A stretch of DNA of 64,000 bases from Pirellulales bacterium (GCA_040901675.1 JBBDYJ010000025.1:159943-223942), one strand, 5' to 3'. Counted from the stretch's first letter, positions 44,975-55,231 are shown. Notes: generated by a model not told the origin, from the sequence alone. Numbers and translations are program-made.

Positions 44975-45550
44975 TCAAACTTTGTGCGGCCGATCGGCAG
45001 CGGCTGCTTCGTGCCAGGCGCCGGCCGCAACTTCCACGAAGCTGCTGGCCAGAAAGCCAAACAAGCCGCCGACGACCGCCGACGAAACTCCGCCAATGGC
45101 CACGCCCGCGATCCCCGCACGCTGAAGTGCGGAGGCAACCAGCAGCAGCGTACCCAGAGATCCGCCCACCAGGGCCGCGGCGACGGTGGCCGCCACCATC
45201 GATCGTCCCGGCCGCTTGTTCTCTCGCAAATGGATTACCGATTGGACCAACGCCCGCTCGGTTGCCACGCAGCCCGGCCCGCCGCGCGCGAGGCCAGGCC
45301 GATCGGCGCGATCGGATGGTCTGCGCCGGGCGGCCTTGGTGCCCCAGGCGTTGGCGGCCACGTGGGCGAAGCCCAACAGCGCGAACCAGGCCAGCACCAC
45401 CGACCAGGGAAATCCCACCACGTCCATCAGCGCGAACAGGCCGCACAAGCCCGCCACGCTGGCAAACAGGGCCCGCAAGCCGAATTGAAACGGCACCCGG
45501 TGCCCATCGGTCTCGTGGGTATCGGCAGGTTCTGCAGACTCTGGCTTCAT
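44975..45550 (-). CDS. Hypothetical membrane protein
   Basis: PFQFGLRALF motif and 4 hydrophobic segments. Confidence 0.7.
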   Translation of the reverse strand: MKPESAEPADTHETDGHRVPFQFGLRALFASVAGLCGLFALMDVVGFPWSVVLAWFALLGFAHVAANAWGTKAARRRPSDRADRPGLARGGPGCVATERALVQSVIHLRENKRPGRSMVAATVAAALVGGSLGTLLLVASALQRAGIAGVAIGGVSSAVVGGLFGFLASSFVEVAAGAWHEAAAADRPHKV

Positions 45551-45782
45551 AACAAACCGGCGTGCCAAAAAGCCACTCTTGTCAATGGAGAGTCATGGCT
45601 TCAGCCTGCAGTATACATGCCGGAGCACGGACCTTCGATTCTCGATGCTCATTTTGTCCTTTCTGCCTTCTGCCTTCTGCCTTCCACCCGTTGCCCGCCG
45701 TGCGGCGCTGGGTTAGATTCGTAGCCGACCTGTTCGCCAAGACCAATTCGCCAAGACCAACCAGATAACCAGGATTCGAGCC

Positions 45783-46727
45783 ATGAAAAGATCGTTGATG
45801 TTCCTCGCGGCGTGGCTGGTGTTCGCACCGGCTCTTGTCGCCCGCGCCGATGAAGCGGTCTTCACCCGCGCCGGCGACGTGGTGTACGGCCGGAAATTCG
45901 GCATGGCCTTGACCATGGATGTCTTCACACCCGCCAAGGACGCCAATGGCGCCGGCGTGGTGTTCGTGGTCAGCGGTGGGTGGTTCTCGGCCCATGAAGC
46001 GATCCGTGCCCCGTTCTTCGAGGAGTTGCTCGGCCGCGGCTATACCGTGTTCGCCGTGGTGCACGGCAGCCAGCCCCGCTTCACGATCCCCGAGTGCATC
46101 GCCGACCTGAACCGCTCGGTCCGCTACATCCGCCACCACGCGGCCGACTACAAGATTGATCCGGAGCGGATCGGCATCACCGGCCTGTCGGCTGGCGGCC
46201 ATCTTTCGTTGATGCAGGGGACCGCCGGCGACCTGGGCAAGCTCGACGCAATGGACCCGGTCGAGCGGATCTCCAGCCGTGTCCAGGCGGTCGCCTGTTT
46301 TTTTCCGCCCACCGATTTTCTCAACTATGGCGAGCCGGGTAATGTGGCGCTGGGCCGCGGCACGTTGAAGGACTTTCGCGCGCCGTTCGACTTCGTCGAG
46401 TTCAAGCCCGAGACTAAGGCCTTCGAGCGCATCGACGACGAAGCCAGGCAGCTCGATATCGGCCGGCAGATCTCGCCGCTCACGCACGTGTCCAGCGATG
46501 ATCCGCCCACGCTGATCATCCATGGCGACGCCGACAAGCTGGTTCCAATCCAGCAGGCCGAAGTCATCGTGGCCAGCTTCAAGGAGGCGGGCGTGACGGC
46601 CGAGCTGGTCACCAAGCCAGGGCAGCAGCACGGCTGGCCCAACCTGCTCGACGACATGAGCGCCGTGGCCGACTGGTTCGACCAGCACCTGTCGCGAGTC
46701 GAGACGACCCCAGCCGCCAAGCCTTGA
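45783..46727 (+). CDS. Exported alpha/beta hydrolase (esterase-like)
   Basis: Signal peptide; motifs SGGW, GLSAGG, HGDAD.LV and HGW. Confidence 0.92.
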   Translation: MKRSLMFLAAWLVFAPALVARADEAVFTRAGDVVYGRKFGMALTMDVFTPAKDANGAGVVFVVSGGWFSAHEAIRAPFFEELLGRGYTVFAVVHGSQPRFTIPECIADLNRSVRYIRHHAADYKIDPERIGITGLSAGGHLSLMQGTAGDLGKLDAMDPVERISSRVQAVACFFPPTDFLNYGEPGNVALGRGTLKDFRAPFDFVEFKPETKAFERIDDEARQLDIGRQISPLTHVSSDDPPTLIIHGDADKLVPIQQAEVIVASFKEAGVTAELVTKPGQQHGWPNLLDDMSAVADWFDQHLSRVETTPAAKP

Positions 46728-46851
46728 CGCCGTGGCGCATCGACGCTGGGCCGAATTCGCTTTACACCGGATCGGGCTTTCGGCTATGCTCGTTTTGGCC
46801 GAGGGGGCCAAGGGATTGGTCGTGGATTTGATGGCTTGGAGACCACGGGTC

Positions 46852-47181
46852 ATGGACGTTGATTTGCAAGAGGCTATGGCAGCCGGCGTGTTCGTTGAGT
46901 TTTGCGATCGTCGCGGCAACACGGTCGGGCAGGCGGTCTTTACCGACTGGAGGGGCAAAGCGCTTCCGGCGGTGGGCGACGTCCTCTCCTGCCCGGTGCT
47001 CTCGCCGGCCTCCGGGCGGCGGAAAAAAATGCTGGGTCGCGTGCTCTCGCGGCACTTCGAGGTGCAGCATGACGCCGACGGCGAGTCGCCCGTTTGGGTC
47101 CGCTTGTTGGTGGCCGCCCTCGACCCGCTGGCAGCCCGGCGGCGGCTGGCCGCCGCTGGCCTGCAGGCGTCGGCGAACTAG
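46852..47181 (+). CDS. Hypothetical protein
   Basis: GGAGA RBS; fills the gap before the convergent bioB. Confidence 0.6.
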   Translation: MDVDLQEAMAAGVFVEFCDRRGNTVGQAVFTDWRGKALPAVGDVLSCPVLSPASGRRKKMLGRVLSRHFEVQHDADGESPVWVRLLVAALDPLAARRRLAAAGLQASAN

Positions 47182-48230
47182 CCGGTCGGGCGATTGGCTG
47201 CCGGCACCGCCGGCGAACCCGGCAGTTTGGGTTCGCGGGTGACCACGAAGCCGAGCTCCTCGACCATGCGGAAGTCGTCCTGCGGCGGCTGCCCCTTGGT
47301 GGTCAGGTAGTCGCCCACGAACACCGAGTTGGCCGGGTAGAGAGCCATGGCCTGCATGCTGCCCAGGTGCATCTCGCGCCCTCCGGCGACGCGGATCTCA
47401 CTGGCCGGATTGACCAGCCGGAACATCGACAGCACTTTCAAGGCGTACCGCGGATTCAGTTTCCGCACTCCCGCCAGCGGAGTCCCCTCGATCGGGTTCA
47501 GGAAGTTCACCGGGATCGACTCGACCTTCAGCTCGGCGAGCGTGATGGCCATCTCGACGACGTCCCGGTTCGATTCGCCCATGCCCACGATCCCCCCCGA
47601 GCAAAGCTGCATGCCCGCCTCGCGCACCGCCCGCAGCGTGTTCAGGCGGTCCTCGAACGTGTGCGTGCTGCAGATCTCCGGATAGAATGCCCGGCTCGTA
47701 TTCAGGTTGTGGTTCACCTTGTCGACGCCGCACTCCTTCAGCCGCCGCGCCTGCTCGGCGTTCAGGAGGCCCAGGCAAGCGCAGACGTTCAGACCGAACC
47801 GCTGCTTGATCTCCGGAACGATCCGCGTCACCGCCTCCAGCTCCCGCCCCGTCGGCGAGCGCCCCGAGATCACCAGGCAGTATGTCTTGGCCTCCAGCTC
47901 GGCGGCCCTCCCCGCGGCCTCCAGCAGTTTCTCGCGGTTGAGGAAGTTGTACCGCGGGATCTCGGCCTCCGAGACCTTCGACTGCGAGCAATAGCCGCAG
48001 TCCTCGGCGCACAAGCCGCTCTTGGCGTTGGTGAGATAATAGAACTGCACCGTGTCGCCGAAATAATGGTGCCTGACGCGGTAGGCGGCCGCCAACACGG
48101 CCAGCAGCTCCAGGTCGGACGACTCCAGGACCGCCTGCGCTTCATCCGCGGCCAGCCGCCGGCCTTCGAGCACTTTGTCGGCCAGAAGCTGCCAGCGATC
48201 CGCCTGGGAAGCTCGTAGAACGGAATTCAT
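47178..48230 (-). CDS. bioB: Biotin synthase
   Basis: Motifs KSGLCAEDCGYCSQS, NHNLNT, CSGGIVGMGE, SIPVNFL and GDYLTT. Confidence 0.97.
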   Translation of the reverse strand: MNSVLRASQADRWQLLADKVLEGRRLAADEAQAVLESSDLELLAVLAAAYRVRHHYFGDTVQFYYLTNAKSGLCAEDCGYCSQSKVSEAEIPRYNFLNREKLLEAAGRAAELEAKTYCLVISGRSPTGRELEAVTRIVPEIKQRFGLNVCACLGLLNAEQARRLKECGVDKVNHNLNTSRAFYPEICSTHTFEDRLNTLRAVREAGMQLCSGGIVGMGESNRDVVEMAITLAELKVESIPVNFLNPIEGTPLAGVRKLNPRYALKVLSMFRLVNPASEIRVAGGREMHLGSMQAMALYPANSVFVGDYLTTKGQPPQDDFRMVEELGFVVTREPKLPGSPAVPAANRPTG

Positions 48231-48307
48231 TCCGTTTTTCCCTTCCCCAGTCGTAGAACGGCATTCATTCCGTTTCCCCCTTTCCCCGGTCGTAGAACGG
48301 AGTTCAT
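48215..48307. repeat. Three tandem GTAG-REP copies overlapping the bioB start
   Basis: GTAGAACGG at 48215, 48253 and 48292 (38-39 nt period); the third copy is truncated. Confidence 0.88.
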
Positions 48308-48538
48308 GAGCGGAAATCTTTGCTCCACGTCGATCATGCGGACCATCGTATCGGCCGCCGGCGGCCTTCAGCAAGCTCAAACTCGCCTTGTCTGGCCCGT
48401 GCCGCGGGCCCGCAATCCACGCCAGGACGGCAAAACCCAACTTGGCAACGCTCCGGCCGCGAGGCAGAATACAGGAGGCCTATCACGGTCGCCCGCGGAC
48501 GGGCGAGGCAGCATGCCGGAGAAGTTCCCTTGGATCGC

Positions 48539-49108
48539 ATGTCGCGGTTGCACCTGGTGCGAGTCGGCGCGTTGGGCCACGTGGGCCGCTTTGCCGCCGT
48601 CGATGCGACCTCGTATCCGCGCGGCTCGCGGGTGGTCGTCCGCACGCCGCGAGGCCTGGAAGTGGGCGAGGTGCTCTCTCCGCCCGCCGGCCGGTCGCCC
48701 GCCGCCGAGCCGGACGGCTCGATCCTGCGGCCCATGACCGTGCAGGACCAGTTGCTCGAAGAACGGCTCGGCCGCCGCCGCCATGCCGCCTACCAGGCCT
48801 GTCAATCCCGCTTGAAGGAGTTGGGCCTCTCGACTTTGCTGATGGACGTCGAGCACCTCTTCGACGGGAAGACCGTCGTGTTCTACTTCCTTGGGGAGCA
48901 GCCCGCCGAGCTCGAGCCGCTGACCCGCGAGCTGGCCGAAGTCTACGATGCCCAGGTGCAGTTCCGTTCGTTCGCCGAGACGCTGACGAATGGTTGCGGC
49001 CCCGGCTGCGGCACGGCCGAGGCGGCCGGCCAGGGCTGCACGAGCTGCGCCACCGGATGCGCCGTCGCCGGAAGCTGCTCGACTCGCAAGGCAGAATCGA
49101 AGAATTGA
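48539..49108 (+). CDS. PSP1/RicT(YaaT)-like protein with Cys-rich tail
   Basis: Motifs VVVRTPRGLEVGEVL, LMDVEHLFDG..VFYF and GCGPGCG..CTSCATGC..C. Confidence 0.85.
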   Translation: MSRLHLVRVGALGHVGRFAAVDATSYPRGSRVVVRTPRGLEVGEVLSPPAGRSPAAEPDGSILRPMTVQDQLLEERLGRRRHAAYQACQSRLKELGLSTLLMDVEHLFDGKTVVFYFLGEQPAELEPLTRELAEVYDAQVQFRSFAETLTNGCGPGCGTAEAAGQGCTSCATGCAVAGSCSTRKAESKN

Positions 49109-49243
49109 TTGTCGCTGGCGCGCGCTGTCTGAGAACCTCTCCCCAAGGCGCCAAGAAGGTGAGGTCGCGGCCGGGTCAAGCGGAATCTGAGCTGCGTCCC
49201 GGGTTGAGTCCCCTTGTGGGGCTTTTCCGCGGCCTCCCACGGC

Positions 49244-50749
49244 TCATTCCGCCGCCTGGTCCGACTTTCCGTAGTGGATGTAAAACTGGTTCTGAAAAAG
49301 TTCATCTGGATCGTACTTTCGCTTCATGTTGAAGAACTCGCGCGATTGTGGATAGGCCCGGCGAAACTGCTCCGTCGTCGCGTGCAGTCGATAGGGGAGA
49401 TAATATCGCCCCTCATGGTCGGCCGCGGCATTGATCAGTTCCCGGGTCAGGGCTTGCATGCGCGCCTCGCCGCCGGTGGTTTTTTCCTGCACAAACAGCA
49501 TCACAAAGGCGATCATCGGCTGATCCGCGTAGCGCAGGAAAGTGTCCGTGTCTTCGTCCACGTAGCGGACCGTCACGTTGAGGAGGGCCGTGTCGTGCCT
49601 TGGAATGATCCGCCGCAACGCCTCCACGAATTCGGCCACGCGACGGCGTGGCACAAAGTACTCGTGCAGAATGTCGGTCGAGTCGGCGGACCGGTTCTCG
49701 AACACCTCGACCCCTTCGTTCAAGAGCTGGTTGCGGGAGAACGCCGTCCCGGCCAACAAGGGCTGGACCTTGGTCTCCGTGCTCCATCGCAACTCCTTGC
49801 CGTACTCGCTGCTGGCCGAGCCTCGAAAGACCGCCCGCCTCAATCGGGACATTCCCGGCTCGGCAAGCGACGGGATCTCGCCGACGGGATCACGAAAGAA
49901 AGCGTTCACAATGACCTGTTGCAGGAACATATCGCGAGCGATGTTCATCCGGGCGTAAACCATCTGCAGGCCCGGCCGGTCCTTGATCTTGGCGTCAAAC
50001 GCGGCCAACGCCTCGTCGGCCGCCAGCACGTGCTGCTCCAGCCGGTAGCGCTCGTTGGACGTAACGCGCAGCTCCACGTCCAGGATAATCCCAAATAGCC
50101 CGTAGCCGCCCAACGCCAGCGAGAACAAATCGGGGTTCTCCGTGCGGCTGCAGCCGACGATCGTCCCGTCGGCCAGCATCAGTCGGAAAGATTCTACCGT
50201 CGAAGCGATCGGCGCTCGATCGTATTGCCAACCGTGGCAGTTCACGCTGATCGAGCCGCCTACCGAAAACGAGTTGTTCGACTGCATCACCTCCACGGAG
50301 CGGCCGCGTTGGTCCAGGTAAGCAATCACGTCCTTCCAGACCGCTCCTGCTTGCACCTTCAAGATGTTGCGGTTCTCGTCCAGCTCCATCCCGTTCCACG
50401 GCAACATGTTGATCGAAATGCCGCCGGGATAAATGGTGTGGCCCCCCATGCTGTGCCGGGCCCCCGCGATCGAAACGCGCCGTCCCTCGGCCTTGGCTCT
50501 GGCCAGCAACTGCGCAATCTGGCCCTCCGGATCATCCGCATCGACCGGCACCTGCCACACCTCGGCAACCTGGGTCGCGTTCAACCGGCTCGCGTCGTCG
50601 ACGTAACCCGGCGACAGATCCGTCAGCTCACTTGCATCGTCCAGCGCCGAATAGATAAGGTGCACGACCGGTCTGCTCAGGACAACCGCCAACGCCAGCC
50701 CAAGCCCAAGCACGACCAGGCCGCCAAGCTTGCGCCGCTTCTTCATCAT
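49244..50749 (-). CDS. FAD-linked oxidoreductase (PCMH-type)
   Basis: Motifs GARHSMGGH, SVGGSIS..HG, GGYGLFGII and KRKYDP..LF; N-terminal membrane anchor. Confidence 0.92.
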   Translation of the reverse strand: MMKKRRKLGGLVVLGLGLALAVVLSRPVVHLIYSALDDASELTDLSPGYVDDASRLNATQVAEVWQVPVDADDPEGQIAQLLARAKAEGRRVSIAGARHSMGGHTIYPGGISINMLPWNGMELDENRNILKVQAGAVWKDVIAYLDQRGRSVEVMQSNNSFSVGGSISVNCHGWQYDRAPIASTVESFRLMLADGTIVGCSRTENPDLFSLALGGYGLFGIILDVELRVTSNERYRLEQHVLAADEALAAFDAKIKDRPGLQMVYARMNIARDMFLQQVIVNAFFRDPVGEIPSLAEPGMSRLRRAVFRGSASSEYGKELRWSTETKVQPLLAGTAFSRNQLLNEGVEVFENRSADSTDILHEYFVPRRRVAEFVEALRRIIPRHDTALLNVTVRYVDEDTDTFLRYADQPMIAFVMLFVQEKTTGGEARMQALTRELINAAADHEGRYYLPYRLHATTEQFRRAYPQSREFFNMKRKYDPDELFQNQFYIHYGKSDQAAE

Positions 50750-50775
50750 GGTCTCGAACGTTTTCCGGACTGCGT

Positions 50776-51309
50776 TCAGCCGGCCGCTTCGCCGGTTTGG
50801 GCTGCGAAACGGCGGGCAGTGCTCACGTAATGTTCCGCGGCTAGGCGATTGTGCTCGATCTCCTGATCCGTCAGCGGCCGCTTGACTTTGGCCGGCATCC
50901 CCAACACCAGCGAGCCGGGCGGCACGACGGTCCTCTCGGTCACCACCGCTCCGGCGCCGATGATGCTGTCGCGGCCGATCCGCGCGCCGTTCAGGACTAC
51001 GGCCCGCATCCCCACGATCACATTGTCTCCCACCTCGGCGCCGTGTACGATCGCCCCGTGCCCCAACGTCACGCCGTCGCCCAGCGTGCAGGGCAAACCC
51101 GGATCGGCGTGCAGCACGCAGCCATCCTGGACGTTCGTCCGCCGGCCGATCCGGATCGCTTCCACGTCGCCGCGAAGCACGGCGTTGAACCAGACGCTCG
51201 ATTGCTCGCCGATCGTCACGTCGCCGACGATTTGAGCACCGGGCGCTACGAACACGCCGCCGGCCAACAGCTCCGGGCGAAAGCGCAGCCGCGAGTCATC
51301 CTCTGGCAC
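50776..51309 (-). CDS. Gamma carbonic anhydrase-family hexapeptide protein
   Basis: Motifs GDVTIG..SSVW..AVLRGD, NVQDGCVLH and GHGAIVHG. Confidence 0.93.
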   Translation of the reverse strand: MPEDDSRLRFRPELLAGGVFVAPGAQIVGDVTIGEQSSVWFNAVLRGDVEAIRIGRRTNVQDGCVLHADPGLPCTLGDGVTLGHGAIVHGAEVGDNVIVGMRAVVLNGARIGRDSIIGAGAVVTERTVVPPGSLVLGMPAKVKRPLTDQEIEHNRLAAEHYVSTARRFAAQTGEAAG

Positions 51310-51540
51310 TGCCGGTCTCCCCAGTTTTCTAATCGGGGTTATTCTAATCGGCGTTATTCTGATCGGCACGAAACACGGTCCACCGCCTAAGCTACACCAG
51401 TCCGCCGCACGCGGCAAAGCGCGCCTGGCGGCAATCGGGCCCTCGATCTGCTAAGCTAAACCGCGGTTGTCTGAAGGGGCGGTTGTCTGGAGGGGCGGTT
51501 GTCTGGAGGGGCTGGCCGGCCGTTACAAGGAGATCCTTCC

Positions 51541-52644
51541 GTGAAGACATATCGAGTGGCCGTCATCGGACGCACCGGACGAGGCGATTACGGGCATGGC
51601 ATCGACACGGTCTGGCTCGAAGCGCCCGGGGTGGAGGTTGTGGCCGTTGCGGACGACGACAAGCCCGGCCTCGCCGCGGCCGCCAGGCGCCTGGGCGTGA
51701 ACCAGGCCTTTAGCGACTACCGCGAGATGCTCGACAAGGTCAAGCCCGACATCGTCGGCATTGGCCCGCGCTGGCTCGACCAGCATCGAGACATGGTGGT
51801 GGCCGCCGCCGAGCGGGGCATCCACATGTACCTGGAAAAGCCTTTTTGCCGCACGCTGGCCGAGGCGGACGAGATGGTGGCGGCCTGCGAGCGCACGCAC
51901 GCCAAACTGGCCATCGCCCACCAGACCCGCTACAGCCCGAAGATCGACGCCGTCGAGCAGATCATCGAATCGGGCAAGATCGGGCGAGTGCTTCATTACC
52001 GGGGGCGCGGCAAGGAGGACCGCCGCGGCGGCGGCGAGGACCTCTGGGTCTTGGGCAGCCACGTGATGGACCTGATCCGGCTCTTCGGCGGGCAGCCGCA
52101 ATGGTGCTTTGCGCGCGTCAGCCAAGAGGGCCGGCCGATTTCAAAACAAGACGTGGCGGAGGGCAACGAAGGCATCGGGCCGCTGGCCGGCGACGCGGTC
52201 AACGCCTTGTATGGCATGGCCGACGGTTCCACAGCGTCGTTCGATTCCTACCGCAATACTGCCGGCCGCCTTTCGCGATTCGGCTTGCAGATCTACGGCA
52301 CCGAGGGCATCGTCGAAATCCTCACCGGTTATCTCCCCTCGGTGAAGTACCTGCCGGACCCCTCCTGGTCGCCCGGCCGCAGCGGAGCAGCCTGGCAGGA
52401 CGTCTCTTCGGCCGGCATCGGCGTCACCGAACCGCTCGCCGACGGCGGCGCGCAGGCCGGCAACCTGCTGGCGGTCAAGGACCTGATCTCGGCGATCGAA
52501 GAGAACCGGCAGCCGATGGGCAACATCTATGAAGCCCGCGGCGCCACCGAGATGATCGTGGCGATATTCGAATCGCAGCGCGCCGGCAAGCCGGTCGCGC
52601 TGCCGCTGGAGAACCGGCAGAACCCGCTGACGATGCTCTCCTGA
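51541..52644 (+). CDS. Gfo/Idh/MocA-family oxidoreductase
   Basis: Motifs YRVAVIG, HMYLEKP and LGSHVMD; AGGAG RBS. Confidence 0.92.
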   Translation: MKTYRVAVIGRTGRGDYGHGIDTVWLEAPGVEVVAVADDDKPGLAAAARRLGVNQAFSDYREMLDKVKPDIVGIGPRWLDQHRDMVVAAAERGIHMYLEKPFCRTLAEADEMVAACERTHAKLAIAHQTRYSPKIDAVEQIIESGKIGRVLHYRGRGKEDRRGGGEDLWVLGSHVMDLIRLFGGQPQWCFARVSQEGRPISKQDVAEGNEGIGPLAGDAVNALYGMADGSTASFDSYRNTAGRLSRFGLQIYGTEGIVEILTGYLPSVKYLPDPSWSPGRSGAAWQDVSSAGIGVTEPLADGGAQAGNLLAVKDLISAIEENRQPMGNIYEARGATEMIVAIFESQRAGKPVALPLENRQNPLTMLS

Positions 52645-52751
52645 ACGTTTTCTGAAACGCGCGAACCTCCCCGCTTAGCCATCTTGCCGAGCTTGGCTCA
52701 CGCACCCCCTCGGCTGGGGTCGCGCGCCAGAAGAGTCCGCCCAATCGGAAG

Positions 52752-52786
52752 AATCCACTCAACCACGCCTGCCCCTTGTGCCGATA
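52752..52786 (+). promoter_or_regulatory. Candidate sigma28-like promoter
   Basis: AATCCACTCAAC-N16-GCCGATA, 47 nt before ATG 52834. Confidence 0.5.
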
Positions 52787-52833
52787 CCGACCGACGAGAC
52801 CGTATACCACCTTAGCCGGCAGGAAGAATTGCC

Positions 52834-54909
52834 ATGCCTCGTCTCGCTGTCGCCACGTGCCTGGTATTTGCCGGCCTCGTCGCGTTGGCGGCCCGGGCCA
52901 ATGCCGCCGACGACGTAGAGAAATCGACGTCGCAAAAGCTCTCCGAGCGGTTCGAACGCTTTCGGCGCAGTATCTGGGGCGACGGCGGCGAGCAGGCACA
53001 CCACAACCACCATCACCACCAGCACCACAATCACACGCCGCGGACCGCGGCAAACCCACGCCAGGGGCAAGCTCCCGCGGCCGGCAGGACGCAGGCGACC
53101 GGCAGGACCCACGCGGCCGGCAGACCCCACGCCCATGCCGGCAGGCAGCCGCATTCCAGCCGCCGCCCCGACCCCGCCGCGATTCTCCCGGACGACGAGC
53201 TCTTCCCGGATCTCAGCGGGACGGCCCAGGCAGTGGACCCCTTCGACGATCCTCCGCCGGTGTACGCCCCGGCCGCTGACAGCGACCGCTATGCCTGGCC
53301 GGAAGAACAAGCCACGCCAACGGCCGGCACGCGTCCAGCCTACTCCGCGCGGCCGGGTGCGCTTTACGATCCCGGTGCTCGCGTGGCCAGAGTCGATCGC
53401 GACACCGGACCGATCCCCGCCATGCCGCCCGAAGACGGCGATCTGCTTTTTGCCCGCACCGCTGCTGTCCTGAGAGTCGAAACCAGCGGGCCGCGGCGGG
53501 CCATGCTCGGCAAGCCGGCGACTTACCGCGTGGTGGTCTCGAACGATGCCGACGTCGTGGCCGAAGGCGTGGTCCTGGACCTGGCGCTGCCGGCCTGGGC
53601 GGAAGTGGCCGACGCCCGCCAAACCAACGGCAAAACCCGTTTGCCGGGGGGCGGAAGCGAGACCTTCCAGTGGACGATCAGCAGCCTGTCGGGCCGCAGC
53701 CAGGCCGAGCTGACCCTGCAAATCGTGCCGCGCGAAAACCGTCCCTTCGATCTGGCGCTGCGCTGGTCGTCGGCAGGGCCGAGCTCGCAAGCCACGATCG
53801 AGGTTCAGCAGCCGCAGCTCGTTTTGAAGCTTGCGGGCCCCAAGGAAGTGCAGTGCGGCGCCAAGGAAGTGTATCGCCTGAGCCTGGTCAACCCCGGAAC
53901 CGGCCCGGCGGAGAACGTTGTGGTGCGGCTGTTCGGGGTCGGACCCGACCAGGCGCCCGCCTCCAGCCACCGCATCGGCACGATCGAGCCCAACGACGCC
54001 AAGGTGGTCGACATCGAGCTGGCGGCCCGGCAAGGCGGCCAGCTCGTCATCAAGGCTGAAGCCACGGCCGACGGGGGACTGCAAGCGGCGATCGCAGAGG
54101 AAGTGATTGTCCGCCGCGCCAAGCTGGAGGTGGAGGTCACCGGGCCGAGCAAGCAGTTCGCCGCGGCGCCCGGCAATTTTCGGATTCACGTGGCCAACCC
54201 GGGCGACGCCCCGGCCCGGCAGGTCAGGCTTTCCGCGACGCTGCCCCCACTGGCCGAATACATCTCCAGCACCGCCGGCGGCCAGCTCGATGCCGATCCG
54301 CGGCGCGTCAACTGGCTGATCGACTATTTGCCTGCCGGCGGAGAGGCAACGCTCGATTTAAAGTGCAACATCCGGGGGCCGGGCGAGAACCGCATCGACG
54401 TGGTCGCCGCCGCCGAAGGCGACCTGGTCGCCAACGGCACGGCAGTCACCCAAGTGGTTGCCTTGCCGGACCTGGAACTGGCCGTCACCGACCCGCCCGC
54501 GCCGGTCGCCGTCGGCGAAGACGCCGTGTTCGAGGTTCGCGTGAGGAATCGAGGCACCAAGAGCGCCGAGGGCGTTGAGTTGGTCGCCTTCTTTTCCAAG
54601 GGCATCGAACCGGTCTCGGTGGAAGGGGGCCCGCACGAGATATCGCCGGGCACGGTGGCTCTGGGCACGATCAGCTCGCTGGCCGCGGGCGCCGACGCCG
54701 TTTATCGGATCACCGCCCGGGCCGAGGTCAGCGGCAACCATCGCTTCCGCGTCGAGCTGGAGTGCAAATCGGCCTCCACGCGGTTGAGCCAGGAGGAAAC
54801 GACGCTGTTTTACGGCGAGGAGACCTTAGGCAAGGCCGGTAAAGAACCGCCCCCCGAGCCGCCCCGAGCGGCCTCGGGTGGGAAAATCCTGACGATGCCG
54901 CGCAGCTAG
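52834..54909 (+). CDS. Exported DUF11/OmcB-like repeat protein with His-rich N-terminus
   Basis: Signal peptide, HHNHHHHQHHNH tract, and four Ig-like repeats (Y.I.V.N.G..PA..V). Confidence 0.85.
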   Translation: MPRLAVATCLVFAGLVALAARANAADDVEKSTSQKLSERFERFRRSIWGDGGEQAHHNHHHHQHHNHTPRTAANPRQGQAPAAGRTQATGRTHAAGRPHAHAGRQPHSSRRPDPAAILPDDELFPDLSGTAQAVDPFDDPPPVYAPAADSDRYAWPEEQATPTAGTRPAYSARPGALYDPGARVARVDRDTGPIPAMPPEDGDLLFARTAAVLRVETSGPRRAMLGKPATYRVVVSNDADVVAEGVVLDLALPAWAEVADARQTNGKTRLPGGGSETFQWTISSLSGRSQAELTLQIVPRENRPFDLALRWSSAGPSSQATIEVQQPQLVLKLAGPKEVQCGAKEVYRLSLVNPGTGPAENVVVRLFGVGPDQAPASSHRIGTIEPNDAKVVDIELAARQGGQLVIKAEATADGGLQAAIAEEVIVRRAKLEVEVTGPSKQFAAAPGNFRIHVANPGDAPARQVRLSATLPPLAEYISSTAGGQLDADPRRVNWLIDYLPAGGEATLDLKCNIRGPGENRIDVVAAAEGDLVANGTAVTQVVALPDLELAVTDPPAPVAVGEDAVFEVRVRNRGTKSAEGVELVAFFSKGIEPVSVEGGPHEISPGTVALGTISSLAAGADAVYRITARAEVSGNHRFRVELECKSASTRLSQEETTLFYGEETLGKAGKEPPPEPPRAASGGKILTMPRS

Positions 54910-54965
54910 CGCTAGCGCTGGCTGTCCGTCGTGCTCTTGGGAGTGGGCCTTCGTTGCCCGCCTTA

Positions 54966-55088
54966 CACGGCCTGGGAAGGCCGTCCTACCTTACCCGCCC
55001 ACCTACCTATTCTAGCTAGCTTCTCTCAGTGTGCATGGGTGACTGCGGGCTGCGCTAACGCTTAGACGGCCTGGGAAGGCCGTCCTAC
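54966..55088. repeat. Two GTAG-type REP hairpins
   Basis: ACGGCCTGGGAAGGCCGTCCTAC at ~54967 and ~55066. Confidence 0.85.
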
Positions 55089-55231
55089 CACCTCCAGTGC
55101 GGTCCAGAACCCGCGTTTGGGGATCGGCGTCGTTGCTCTATAATCCGGCCGCGCTGGCGCTTCAATCGACGCATGCACGTGCGTCATACCCTTTGGTTCC
55201 TCGCACCCCTGCCTCTTGTTTCGTGGTGGAA

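Noticed and set aside
48215..48307. Regularly spaced palindromic repeats as a mini-CRISPR
   Set aside because: The spacers are ~15 nt and similar to each other, and the same unit is dispersed elsewhere as a REP.
51330..51510. Short 15-bp duplications (TTCTAATCGG..; GGGGCGGTTGTCTG)
   Set aside because: Real but only 2-3 copies in a divergent promoter region; no further support for a function.
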